From Camelus dromedarius (taxonomy: Eukaryota), in assembly GCF_036321535.1 (NCBI RefSeq), contig NC_087436.1:104224001-104288000 (forward strand): a stretch of 64,000 nucleotides of DNA, read 5' to 3'. Within the stretch, counting starts at the first letter, position 1, and every line of letters begins with the position of its first letter. The notes beneath the pieces are model-generated. The model did no database searches. It was not told where the DNA came from and worked only from the letters and a program-made list of their open reading frames with translations. This document shows positions 13,205 through 24,905 of the stretch, piece after piece. Made by a program: the position numbers and the translations under genes.

Positions 13205-14468
13205 AAATTTTATTTTATTGAGTTATAGTCACTTTACAATGATGTGCCAATTTCCAGTGTAGAGCACAATTTTTCAGTTATACATGAACATACACATATT
13301 CATTGTCACATTCTTTTTCACCATGAGCTACCACAAGATCTTGTATATATTTCCCTGTGCTATACAATATAATCTTGTTTATCCATTTTGCATATGCCTG
13401 TCAGTATCTACAAATTTCAAACTCCCAGTCTGTCCCTTACCACCCCGCTCCCCACTGGCAACCACAAGTTTGTATTCTCTGTCTGTGAGTCTGTTTCTGT
13501 TTTGTATTTATGCTTGTTTGTCTTTTTCTTTTCTTTTCTTTTTTTTAGATTCCACATATGAGAGATCTCATATGGTATTTTTCTTTCTCTTTCTGGCTTA
13601 CTTCACTTAGAATGACATTCTCCAGGGACATCCACGTTGCTGCAAATGGCGTTATGTTGTTGTTTTTATGGCTGAATAGTATTCCATTGTATAAATATAC
13701 CACAACTGCTTTATCCAGTCATCTGTCAATGGACATTTAGGCTGTTCCTATGTTTTGGCTATTGTAAATAGTGCTGCTATGAACACTGGGGTGCAGGTGT
13801 CTTTTTGAATTAGGCTTCCTTCTGGATACATGCCCAGGAGTGGCATTGCTGGATCATATGGTGAGTCTATTTTTAGTCTTTTGAGGAATCTCCATACTGT
13901 TTTCCACAGTGGCTGCACCAAACTGCATTCCCACCAGCAGTGTAGGAGGGTTCCTTTTTCTCCACAGCCTCTCCAGCATTTGTCATTTGTGGACTTTTGA
14001 ATGATGGCCATTCTGACTGGTGTGAAGTGATACCTCATTGTAGTTTTGATTTGCATTTCTCTGATAATTAGTGATATTGAGCATTTTTTCATGTGCCTAT
14101 TGGTCATTTGTATTTCTTCGTTGGAGAATTGCTTGTTTAGGTCTTCTGCCCATTTTTGGATTGGGTTGTTAGTTTTTTTCTTACTGAGTCGTATGAACTG
14201 CTTATATATTCTGGCGATCAAGCCTTTGTCGGTTTCATCTTTTGCAAAAATTTTCTCCCATTCTGTAGGTTGTCGCTTTGTTTTACTTATGGTTTCCTTT
14301 GCTGTGCAGAAGCTTGTAAATTTAATTAGGTCCCATTTGTTTATTTTTGCTTTTGTTTCTATTGCTTGGGTAGCCTGCCCTAGGAGAACATTGCTGAGAT
14401 GTATGTGAGATAATGTTTTGCCTATATTTTCTTCTAGGAGGTTTATTGTATCTTGTCTTATGTTTAAG
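13205..14468 (-). mobile_element. Lineage-specific 5'-truncated L1, copy A (sense to TBC1D19)
   Basis: ORF2 C-terminus (track ORF 13748..14221), 3'UTR and T-rich tail; TTTT/AA endonuclease site; about 60-bp flanking duplication. Confidence 0.95.
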
Positions 14469-15308
14469 CCATTCTCTTATGATATATGTACTTCTCTATA
14501 TGCATTATGAATTAATAAAGTTTTTAAAATGGTAATAATACATACCTATATCTCGAGTTGCTGAGTGGTTAAAATGAGATAAAACACATGTAACACATAG
14601 TATATGCTCAATAACTGTTTATTATTATTAACAACAGCAATAATAATAAACAGCCAACTTCCTTATTTTATAGAGGAAGAAACAAGTCCAGAAATATAAA
14701 GTGACTTCTCCAAGTCATACAACTAGCCAGTGGTAGAGGAAAGACAGGAACAGTTCCCTGACTCCTGTCTAGTATGATTTCTACTAAAATATAGATCTCT
14801 CATATTTTATGTCAATTTTTGCTTTCTGTTTATCATAATTAAACATTAATCTGGTCTTTTATGTAAAGCACATTGTATTTATGCACAAGAAGAGAAACAT
14901 CAGGGTAATTTTCTGGATGAAGAGACACTATTTTTGAAGCCTAAGTTTATACAAGATAGAATGTCAGTATTCACTTAAATTGGTGATATTAAAAACAATA
15001 GATAGTGATGTCCAATAAAGGGAAATACGAGTGTTGCTAATGAAGATTTTGCCAATAAAATGACTTATATATGTCTTATGTCTTTTCAAAATTATTTTAA
15101 AGACCTTCAAATAAAAAGACAGAATCTAGTTGAACTCTAATAATTACAACACACAATATTCTATTCAAGAAATTAATAGCAACCAAGTAGAGGCAAAAAG
15201 CATGTTAGTTGTCAGATATTAAAAAATACTACATTAATTTGAAAATAAGATAAATCTTAAACTTACTCTCATGTTCATTTATTATATGCCATATGGAGAA
15301 ATACTAAC

Positions 15309-15381
15309 CAGGAGGCACTTGTGTAGAGTCATCTATACCCAGTTGTCCTGTAGTTAAGCCAAGTTCTACAAAGAATTCTTT
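15309..15381 (-). CDS. TBC1D19: TBC1D19 coding exon 9 (73 nt)
   Basis: tttcag|AAA GAA TTC...CCT CCT G|gttagt = KEFFVELGLTTGQLGIDDSTQVPP(E). Confidence 0.95.
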
Positions 15382-16915
15382 CTGAAAAATAACACATAGA
15401 ATTAACATACATCTCAGACATTGCTACACATTATTAAAAAAAAAAGCCTTCATCTAAACATCAACTTAAGTGAAAAAAATCACAATGTAAAATGAATCTT
15501 TGCTTCATCAAATATTTAAAATAGAACCTTTAAATAGTAATGCATTAACCCAAAATTTTCCCTTTTAGGTAATAAGCTAATCACTAAAACTAAAGAATAA
15601 TTATTCTTTTGAGTAAAAAACTGAAACATTCAAATCTTTCTTGAAACATACATACAGTCTATGTAGCACTTATCAATTTTATTTTCTAAATTCATTGTCT
15701 AAAATTACCAATATAATTCTGTATCTGTGCTTTCTATGCTACCATACTTCACTCAGCTCTTAATCAACTAAATACTGCAAATATACAAAACAACTTAAAT
15801 TAATTTTTAAGCAAAATTAGACTATCAAGTGCTCTGCTAAAATAAGAATAAATTAGATTTATTCTGCAGACTTCCTCTACTTATTTAGTAATCTCTAAGG
15901 AAAGTAATCACATTTGTCTGGTGTTTTTAAAATATAAAACAATTCCATATTATTCACTTATTTTTATGCCATAAGTAATTAAGTATTTCTATTAATATCT
16001 GCCTTAGTGTTTTATTACTATTCTGATTGCTAAAACCAAACTTCCCTCTCCTTTAAAAAAATGGAATTAGTTTTAATCCTTCATAATAATCTATTATTAT
16101 TTAAGCTAGTGATTTATTTGTGTCCCTCATAAGACAGTTATTCAGCTGAACATGCACACATAGTTCATTTTTGTATTGATTTTAAATAACTGCCATTATA
16201 TTTCAACTCTGAACTAGCTTGATTTTTATCTATACTTTAAAAAAGCATTGCAGCTTGTTACCAATTTTTAATTACTAAAGATGTAAAAATTTAATGTCAT
16301 TCTTCCATTTTCAGCCACTGTCATCCATTTACTTCAAACACTCTTCCTTCATTGAAATCATTAGAATTAATAAGGCATTTGATTTAATAATCTTGATCTT
16401 CATACTACAAAAGGAACTTAGGCATAGTAAACATTCCAGTATTAGGTTCTGTATTCACAATGGAAAATTTTACTTGTGCTGAGACATGTTAAGGAGCATA
16501 AAAGAACTCTGAACATCCTTTTTCTATTTCACTGCTCTGCACTGATTTTTTACTATCAGTAGACCTGGGCCCTAATCTCAGATTTTCTTCTCTATGAACA
16601 AGTATTACCTTTTATCAACCTCTATCAAAGCATAAAATCACATCATATTGAAATGACCTTTTTACTGTCAATCTCCCCACTAGCCTGAAGCTCTTGGAAG
16701 AGAGGGACTATCTCTTACACTTACTTGTACCTCCAGTATTTAGCATAGTGCTATGTGACCACAGTGGCGGGGGGGAGGTGGCCACTAAATATTTAACCAC
16801 ACTACTGAGTTCTAGCTCCAATCTTCTGCCTCCATATGACTGAATTAGTGAACAGGAATTGATCAGCAACTTCTCTTTAGAATTAATAAACTTCAGTTTC
16901 AAGAAATTCCTTTTT

Positions 16916-17121
16916 GGCAAGATAGGGGTAGGGAATTAAGAGGTACAAACTACTACACATAAAATAGATAAGCTACAATGATATGTGTACAACACAGGGA
17001 ATATAGCCAATATTTTATGATAACTATAAATGGAATATAACCCTTACAAATTGTGAATCACTATGTTATACATCTGAAACATACAATATTGTACATTCAC
17101 TATACTTCAATTAAAAAAAAA
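16916..17121 (+). mobile_element. Short L1 3'UTR insertion
   Basis: L1 3' end with poly(A); duplication AAGAAATTCC(T/C)TTTT at about 16901-16915 and 17122-17136. Confidence 0.85.
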
Positions 17122-17764
17122 AAGAAATTCCCTTTTAACATGAATGCGTCTACATAACATCATGAATAACATTTAAAGGCCATCTACTATAAGCTCACAT
17201 AAGACTCACTGAGTCTTACAAGTTCAGTGCTCATACGGACAGCCCAGGGTTACAGATAAACTATGCACGCTGGAGTCAAAATCAATATATATCACCAGGC
17301 CACATGATTCAGGAAAGGCAGGGACAACTATCCCTACGCCTTCAGACATTAGGTATATATAGCCAGTTTTCTAAAAATTAGCCATACGCTTTTGGTTCTC
17401 CAATAGTTCAGAATAAATCCATATCAGTTCCAGGGCTCTTCAGACAGACAGAAGGCATAATGAGTCCCACTTATGTAATGCTGAACCTTTTCATACATTA
17501 CCTTTCCCCTGCTTCTTTACCTAACAAACTCCCTCAAACTATTTCAAATGGTAGTACCTCTAAGAAGACCTCCCACCACTACCAGAAGAATCTGACACTT
17601 CTTTTGTAGAGCCATATCACTTTGTATAAATTGCTAATAGGACTTCTAGCATCTTTTAAAAATAAGTTTCTAAAAATTTTTTTATCAAAGTTGCAGTAGC
17701 AATGGTTAATAGTTATATACTGCTTGCCATATTCCAAGGATCATCTATATGCTTCATTTTTACA

Positions 17765-18198
17765 TATTATAAAGTTTCCCAGGGCTGCCATTAAAAAAAA
17801 AATGTAGTTGTAAACAACAGAAATTCATTCTCAGTTCTGGAAAGTCCAAAATTAAGATGTAAAACAGGGCCATGCTCTCCCTGAAGGCTCTAGGAGAGAA
17901 TCTGCTCCATGCCTTTTTAGCTTCTGGTGTTGCTGGCATCTCAGTGTTCCTTGGCTTATAGATGCAACACTGCAAACTCTACCTATCATATCACATTCTC
18001 CTTGTGTGTCTCTCTTCTGTGTTTCTTGTCCTCTTATAAGGACAACAGTCATACTGGATTTGGGGCCCACCCTGCTCCAGTAAGACATCACCTTAATTTC
18101 ATCTGCAAAGACCCTATTTCCAAATGAGGTCACATTCACACGTAGTGCAGGTCAGGACTTCAACGTATTTTTTGAAGGAACACAATTCAACCTATAAC
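17765..18198 (-). mobile_element. MaLR solo LTR (MLT1C-like)
   Basis: CAGGGCTGCC...CCCTGAAGGCTCTAGG...CTGCAAAGACCCTATTTCCAAATGAGGTCACATTC...ACACAATTCAACC. Confidence 0.85.
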
Positions 18199-18344
18199 TT
18201 ATATCTTAACTTACTGATCTGCACAACACTTCAGTGAGATACTACTATCCATATATTTATAAGAAAACTAAAACTTAAGGTCAAGAAAATTTGCCTAAGG
18301 TCACACAGCCAGTGAGTGGCTGAGCAAGAATTTAAAACCAGGTT

Positions 18345-20047
18345 TAAATGGTCATACTGCCCAAGGCAATCTACAGATTTAATGCAATCCCTATCAAATT
18401 ACCCAGGACATATTTCACAGAACTAGAACAAATCATAATAAAATTTATATGGAACCACAAAAGACCTAGAGTTGCCAAAGCATTACTGAAGAAAAAGAAA
18501 GAGGCTGGAGGAGTAACTCTCCCAGACTTCAGACGATAGTAATCAAGACACCATGGTATTGGTACAAAAACAGACATATAGACCAATGGAACAGAATAGA
18601 GAGCCTAGAAATGAACCATAAACTTTTGGCCAACTAATCTTAGAGGCAAGAGTATACAATGGAATAAAGACGGTCTCCTCAGCAAATGGTGTTGGGAAAA
18701 CTGGACAGCAGCATGTAAATCAATAAAGCTAGAACACTCCCTTACACCATACACAAAAATAAACTCATAATGGATCAAAGACTTAAACATAAGACAAGAT
18801 ACAATAAACCTCCTAGAAGAAAATATAGGCAAAACATTATCTCACATACATCTCAGCAATGTTCTCCTAGGGCAGGCTACCCAAGCAATAGAAACAAAAG
18901 CAAAAATAAACAAGTGGGACCTAATTAAATTTACAAGCTTCTGCACAGCAAAGGAAACCATAAGTAAAACAAAGCGACAACCTACAGAATGGGAGAAAAT
19001 TTTTGCAAAAGATGAAACCGACAAAGGCTTGATCGCCAGAATATATAAGCAGTTCATACGACTCAGTAAGAAAAAAACTAACAACCCAATCCAAAAATGG
19101 GCAGAAGACCTAAACAAGCAATTCTCCAACGAAGAAATACAAATGACCAATAGGCACATGAAAAAATGCTCAATATCACTAATTATCAGAGAAATGCAAA
19201 TCAAAACTACAATGAGGTATCACTTCACACCAGTCAGAATGGCCATCATTCAAAAGTCCACAAATGACAAATGCTGGAGAGGCTGTGGAGAAAAAGGAAC
19301 CCTCCTACACTGCTGGTGGGAATGCAGTTTGGTGCAGCCACTGTGGAAAACAGTATGGAGATTCCTCAAAAGACTAAAAATAGACTCACCATATGATCCA
19401 GCAATGCCACTCCTGGGCATGTATCCAGAAGGAAGCCTAATTCAAAAAGACACCTGCACCCCAGTGTTCATAGCAGCACTATTTACAATAGCCAAAACAT
19501 AGGAACAGCCTAAATGTCCATTGACAGATGACTGGATAAAGCAGTTGTGGTATATTTATACAATGGAATACTATTCAGCCATAAAAACAACAACATAACA
19601 CCATTTGCAGCAACGTGGATGTCCCTGGAGAATGTCATTCTAAGTGAAGTAAGCCAGAAAGAGAAAGAAAAATACCATATGAGATCTCTCATATGTGGAA
19701 TCTAAAAAAAAGAAAAGAAAAGAAAAAGACAAACAAGCATAAATACAAAACAGAAACAGACTCACAGACAGAGAATACAAACTTGTGGTTGCCAGTGGGG
19801 AGCGGGGTGGTAAGGGACAGACTGGGAGTTTGAAATTTGTAGATACTGACAGGCATATGCAAAATGGATAAACAAGATTATATTGTATAGCACAGGGAAA
19901 TATATACAAGATCTTGTGGTAGCTCATGGTGAAAAAGAATGTGACAATATGTGTATGTTCATGTATAACTGAAAAATTGTGCTCTACACTGGAATTTGAC
20001 ACAACATTGTAAAATGACTATAACTCAATAAAAAAATGTTTAAAAAA
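18345..20047 (+). mobile_element. Lineage-specific 5'-truncated L1, copy B, inserted in a MIR
   Basis: ORF2 fragments (track ORFs 18348..18539, 19029..19502), 3'UTR, A tail; perfect duplication TAAAACCAGGTT at 18333-18344 and 20048-20059. Confidence 0.95.
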
Positions 20048-21449
20048 TAAAACCAGGTTAGTTGGCTTCAGAATCTAATCACCTAACCATCAACCTAGTC
20101 TATCTCTATACGCAATAAATAGAAGTTAAATCAGCTAAAAGACTTAACAGGAACAACAAAATAGCAGCTCCCTGTCTTATGTACTCCTCCCCAACACACA
20201 CACATTCACACAGACACAAACCCAATCATAATTGGCCCACTATTCAGAAACAACCACTTTCAACTTTTTTTTTCTGGTATTTATCTCCATATCTGAAGTC
20301 ACAAGTATATACTGCTATTTTTAATATACCAGTTTCAAATACCTATTGATTTTTTATGATAAATGAGGATTTTTAGCTCATGTACATTCTCTTTTCCTCC
20401 CTCCATCATTCCAATATAAGTATATATCAATTCTTGATTAAATCTAAATTAAGAGTTTACATTACCATGACTATTTAAATATTATTCACTGCTGAGGCAT
20501 GCAGTATGTTATAAATGTTTCCTTTGTTATACTTTTTTTCATACCGTTCATAACTAAACCACTTTTTCACTTATACTATTTTATCTAATCACTTACCTCT
20601 TCCTATACCCTTTAGCAACTCTGAAAAGACCCTCCACAAAACAATTTGCATGTGGTGAAACCTGCCAGATCATCTGTACTTGGAGTGTTTTTCTTGCGCA
20701 CACTCATTCTGGAAACTTCCAACCTCCTGCTCCAATTTGGAAGCGCTGTGCTCTGGTCCTGTTGCACAGACTTTGTCCTGGAACTTCTCTTCACTGTCCT
20801 TCTGGGAAATTGTTCTTCTCTTAGGCTGAATCTCATTTCCTGGATTCGCTATTTTGCTTTTTTTGTTTATGACCTTGTTTTGGAGCACTTCTATTATACA
20901 ATAGCCCCCTGATTAAGAGCAAATGTTTTAGATCACATACATCTGGAAATATCTCCTTTGACTTCACATTTGATTGACTGTTGGTTACATATAGAATTCT
21001 AGGCTTGAAATCATTTTGATTTTTAAAGGAATGACTTCAAAATCATCTGGCTACCAGTCTTACTGCTGAGAAGTCTGATGCTACTTCTGACTGAAAGATT
21101 CCAGTCTTTCAGTTCTTAAAATTTTTAATAATTCTTTTACCTCTGTTTTTCTCTTTCTGGAACTCCTATTGGTCAGATGCTTACCCTTCTGGATTGGTCC
21201 TCTATTAAAAAAAACTTTTCTCTCTTATTTTTGATCCCTTTGGCTTTTTGATTTTGCTCTGTCTTCAGACAGAGACTTCCTTGGCTTTCTCCTGATCTTT
21301 AAAAAAATTTTTGGCATACCGTATTTTTGATTCCTAAAAGCTATTTTTCATTTTCTATTGTTTTGTTTTATTGTTTTAGTGAAATTCTATTCTTGTTTCA
21401 TTAATAATACCTTCTCTCTGAGAATATTAATGTTTGCTTTAAATCTACT

Positions 21450-22065
21450 ATTGGGAAGAAATGGTTAACAACAGGCTAACCTCTTTGTCCATAAGATTAT
21501 AACCTTGGGTTTATTTTCTCCCGGCACTGGTGCCCTGAAAATGTACTGGGTCATTGTGGAGAGGAAAGCCAGCTATATTACTAAGCAATGTAATTTACTG
21601 AAAAAATATGACCCTTGACTGGTAAATTACATCTGAAATGGAAGACTCTAAGTAGACTATAAAAATCTATTGGCAAACACAGGCCTTAGCTGCCTGGTGT
21701 TGGAAAACAGAAGACTTAAGCTGCCTGATGTGCCTCCTGAGAGGACCTGGAAGCTATGCTCATGTGCATTACAAGAAATGGTTCCTGTTATATATGAGAC
21801 GTCCCTGTGTTGTGCCATGTAACCGTGTCATTTCCAACTGCACGAATTCCTTGTGGGGGCTGGGAAGTAGCCTCTGGTTGGCTGTAAGGACTCCCACTGA
21901 AGATCTACATGATATACTGACATGCTATGTTTTCTGTCCTGTTTCATTCTACAGATCTAAGTGCACCTCATACAGGTTATGGCCTACCGTATCTTGTGAG
22001 GGTAGGTGTAAATTCACACCTGAAATAACTATTAGTGGTCATGATAAGCACTAATTCCCTAAATT
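21450..22065 (+). mobile_element. Solo ERV LTR (MER68/MER21-group-like)
   Basis: Higher-GC ~600-bp block interrupting HAL1; starts GGGAAGAAATGGTTAACAACAGGC, has a TATA-like CTATAAAAA. Family assignment tentative. Confidence 0.5.
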
Positions 22066-23239
22066 GGCTACTTCTTCTTCCTTATTTTTTTGTTTGTTTT
22101 AATTTTGAGCTATGCCTTTCAAACTGCAAGATTTCACATATCTGGAGTTCCTGAACTGGTCACTCATGTTTAGGACTGAGGCAATGAACAACTGACTGGA
22201 AGCTCTGTCTGCAAGGACTGGGCACCCAGTGGGGTGGGCTTCACTGTGAAGCAATTTTATAGCCAGCCAGCTACTTTTCTTTCTTTTCTTTTCTTTCTTT
22301 CTTTCTTTTTCTTTTTTGGTGAGGTTTCTCCAAATTCCCTTTAGCCTTCTCTCTGGGGACCTAAAGCTGGTGGAGGGTGAAGAAGGGGAGGCTGGGCAGG
22401 CACAGTGATGGCGGTAAGGCTGCGGTATTAGTCTCACTATTCGGCCAACTTTCACTTACTTCCTCTGTTTTCAATATGGTGCCTCGTTCCTGTTTAGCTC
22501 TATGTCTGAGGTCTCTGAGTTCACAGCCTTCTTGATTCTGTTTCTGTAATGAATATATACACCTCTCTTCTCCTGTTGGAGAGGAGGAGTCACCAGAATA
22601 TACAGGATGGGAAGAGTCTGGGGGTCTAATCCCTCCTGACACAGACTTTCACACAATCTCCATTTTCAGCTCTATAGCCCACCAAAGCCTTCTATAACAT
22701 GTGATACCTCCAATTTTTGATCCTTCACAAAGTTCTAGAGAGAAAATCATCTGGCCTCTTGTATCAGTCAGAGTGCAATCAAGAAACAGAAGCCATACCA
22801 GGCATGTGAATAGGGAAAAACAGAATTAGCAAATGAAGAAAGCAACCATGACTTGTAGGCTGAAGGAGAGTGAACCAAGAAAGAACTAGAACTCAGGAAA
22901 GGGTCCCCCATGCCCTTAAGACAGAGATTTGGATCTTTAAGGCGAGAGAGTGGCTGCCACAGGAACATGCAGACCAGAGGTGGAGAAGAACCTTGCCAGA
23001 GAGTACAGGCTGGAGCCAGTTGACTGAGGGCTGCCAGGGTAAATGCTACTGGACCTTTTGTTTGCTGATCTGCTGGCTACCATACATGGAAGGCCCCTTT
23101 CTCCTGTTATGGTCTTGCAGTGTCCCTCTAGAACCCTCCATTCACAAAGCCTAACATCAAGCTAGTTGGCAAAAGGAAATGTTTATAAGGTCCAGCTCCA
23201 GTATGATGAAACAGGGCAAAAAAGTATAGATTTGCAAAA

Positions 23240-23916
23240 CTATAATGAGGTAACACCTCACACCAGTCAGAATGGCCATCATCAAAAAGTCTGCAAATAA
23301 TAAATGCTGAAAAGGGAACCCGCCGACACTGTTGGTGGGAATGTAAGTTGGTGCAGCCACTATCGAAAACAGCATGGAGATTCCTTAAACAACTAAAAAT
23401 AGACTTACTATATGATTGAGGAATCCCACCCCTGGGCATATATCAGGAAAAGACAAAAACTCTAATTTGAAATGATACATGCGCCCCAATGTTCATAGCA
23501 GCACCATTTATAATAGTGAAGACATGGAAGTAACCCAAGTGTCCATAAACGAATGGATAAACAAGATGTGGTATATATAATATATGTACAATGGAATATT
23601 ACTCTGCCATAAAAAAGAATGAAATAATTGCCATTTGCAACAATATGGATAGACCTAGAGATTATCATACTAGGTGAAGTAATATAGAGAAAGACAAATA
23701 TTATATGATATCACATATGTAGAACCTAAAAAGAAAAAAAAATACAAATGAACTTATTTACAAAACAGAGACAGACTCACAGACCTAGAAAACAAACTTA
23801 TGGTTACCAGGCAGGGAAGCGGTAGGGAGGGATAAATCAGGAATATGGGATTAACAGATACATACTATTATATATAAAATAGATAAACAACAAGAATTTA
23901 CTGTATTAGCACAGGG

Positions 23917-23963
<47 letters not shown>

Positions 23964-24112
23964 CAATATCTTATAATAACCTAAAATAGAAAAGAATCTG
24001 AAAGAGAACATATACATATATATCTGAAAAAGAATATAAATATATATCACTTTGCTGTACACCTGAAATTATCACAGTATTGCAAATCAACTATACTTCA
24101 ATTTAAAAAAAA
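23240..24112 (+). mobile_element. 5'-truncated L1 3' end (cetartiodactyl-type)
   Basis: ORF2 C-terminus (ACACCAGTCAGAATGGCCATCATC...), 3'UTR, poly(A); degenerate duplication around TAGATTTG. Confidence 0.9.
23920..23961. repeat. (TA)n microsatellite, about 21 units
   Basis: Perfect TA run inside the L1 3'UTR. Confidence 0.95.
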
Positions 24113-24794
24113 GAAAGGTAGATTTGGAACTGAAAGATAATAAATTGATTATCAGCACACTTGTCATCCATACCTCCCATCTTTTAGAGGCATTAAGGCT
24201 TGACCTTCTTCATGTTTGAGTCATCTGTTGATCTCTTTATCTTTATACTTTTTAAAGCTTAGAGTTACAAGTTGTTTCTTAGTTTCACCAAAGACAATGT
24301 CTACATTTCTGTGCTCCCTATTGTTTCAGAGTAATTAACAAAAGAAAGAGTGACAGTAATTTAACTCCATCAGCAGGAAATCTCTCCACCTTTCTACAAT
24401 TACTCTATTTTAAAACTAACTTCCTTACCAAAATGTGACAGTCTCCAGAGCAAAGATATCTCTAATTCATTTTGAGTTCCTTTATCTCTCTCAGTGCCTC
24501 ACCATGTTATGAGCTTAATAAAGGTTGGTTGAATTAAGTGAAATGTACATTCTTAAAATTTTTTAAACAAAATTCACAATTTGTTTCAATCTGTTTTATA
24601 GCCATACATTAGCAATACATACCAACAAGATGTCTTATAAATCTATGCCATTTATTAAAATAAGAAATAAGCAAAAGCAATTATTTAATTTATTTAAGAT
24701 TCTCCTATTGCTTTAGATATATGCTGCACTACGATATTTTTCTAATAGCTGTCTTCTAAAATATGTTAATTTATTTTTAAATGCCTATACTTAC

Positions 24795-24905
24795 CAATTC
24801 AGGGATGTCTTTTACTTTGAGAGGAACTTGGATTAAACCCAAATGAGTCCTGAAACTAAGAGAATCACCATTTTCATAATTTGGGTTGCGAAGATTAATT
24901 AATAC
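24795..24905 (-). CDS. TBC1D19: TBC1D19 coding exon 8 (111 nt)
   Basis: aag|GTA TTA ATT...GAA TTG|gtaagt = VLINLRNPNYENGDSLSFRTHLGLIQVPLKVKDIPEL. Confidence 0.95.

Larger units (their letters stand above)
22760..24160 (-). mobile_element. Ancient LTR split by an L1 insertion
   Basis: Begins TGTATCAGTCAG and ends GATTATCAGCACA (TG...CA); the two halves flank the L1 at 23240-24112. Confidence 0.5.
20150..24385 (-). mobile_element. HAL1-like element (ORF1-only L1 relative) split by nested insertions
   Basis: 20750-21090 resembles HAL1 antisense as I recall it (CTGTTGCACAG...TATAGAATTCTAGGCTTGAAATCATTTT...GAGAAGTCTGATGC); similar T-rich sequence resumes at 22070-22750 and 24160-24385. Confidence 0.6.

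Noticed and set aside
13284..20002. Identical pairs of 157-, 120- and 60-aa ORFs on opposite strands, suggesting a duplicated gene cassette
   Set aside because: They are the L1 ORF2 C-terminus and its antisense frames in the two inverted L1 copies.
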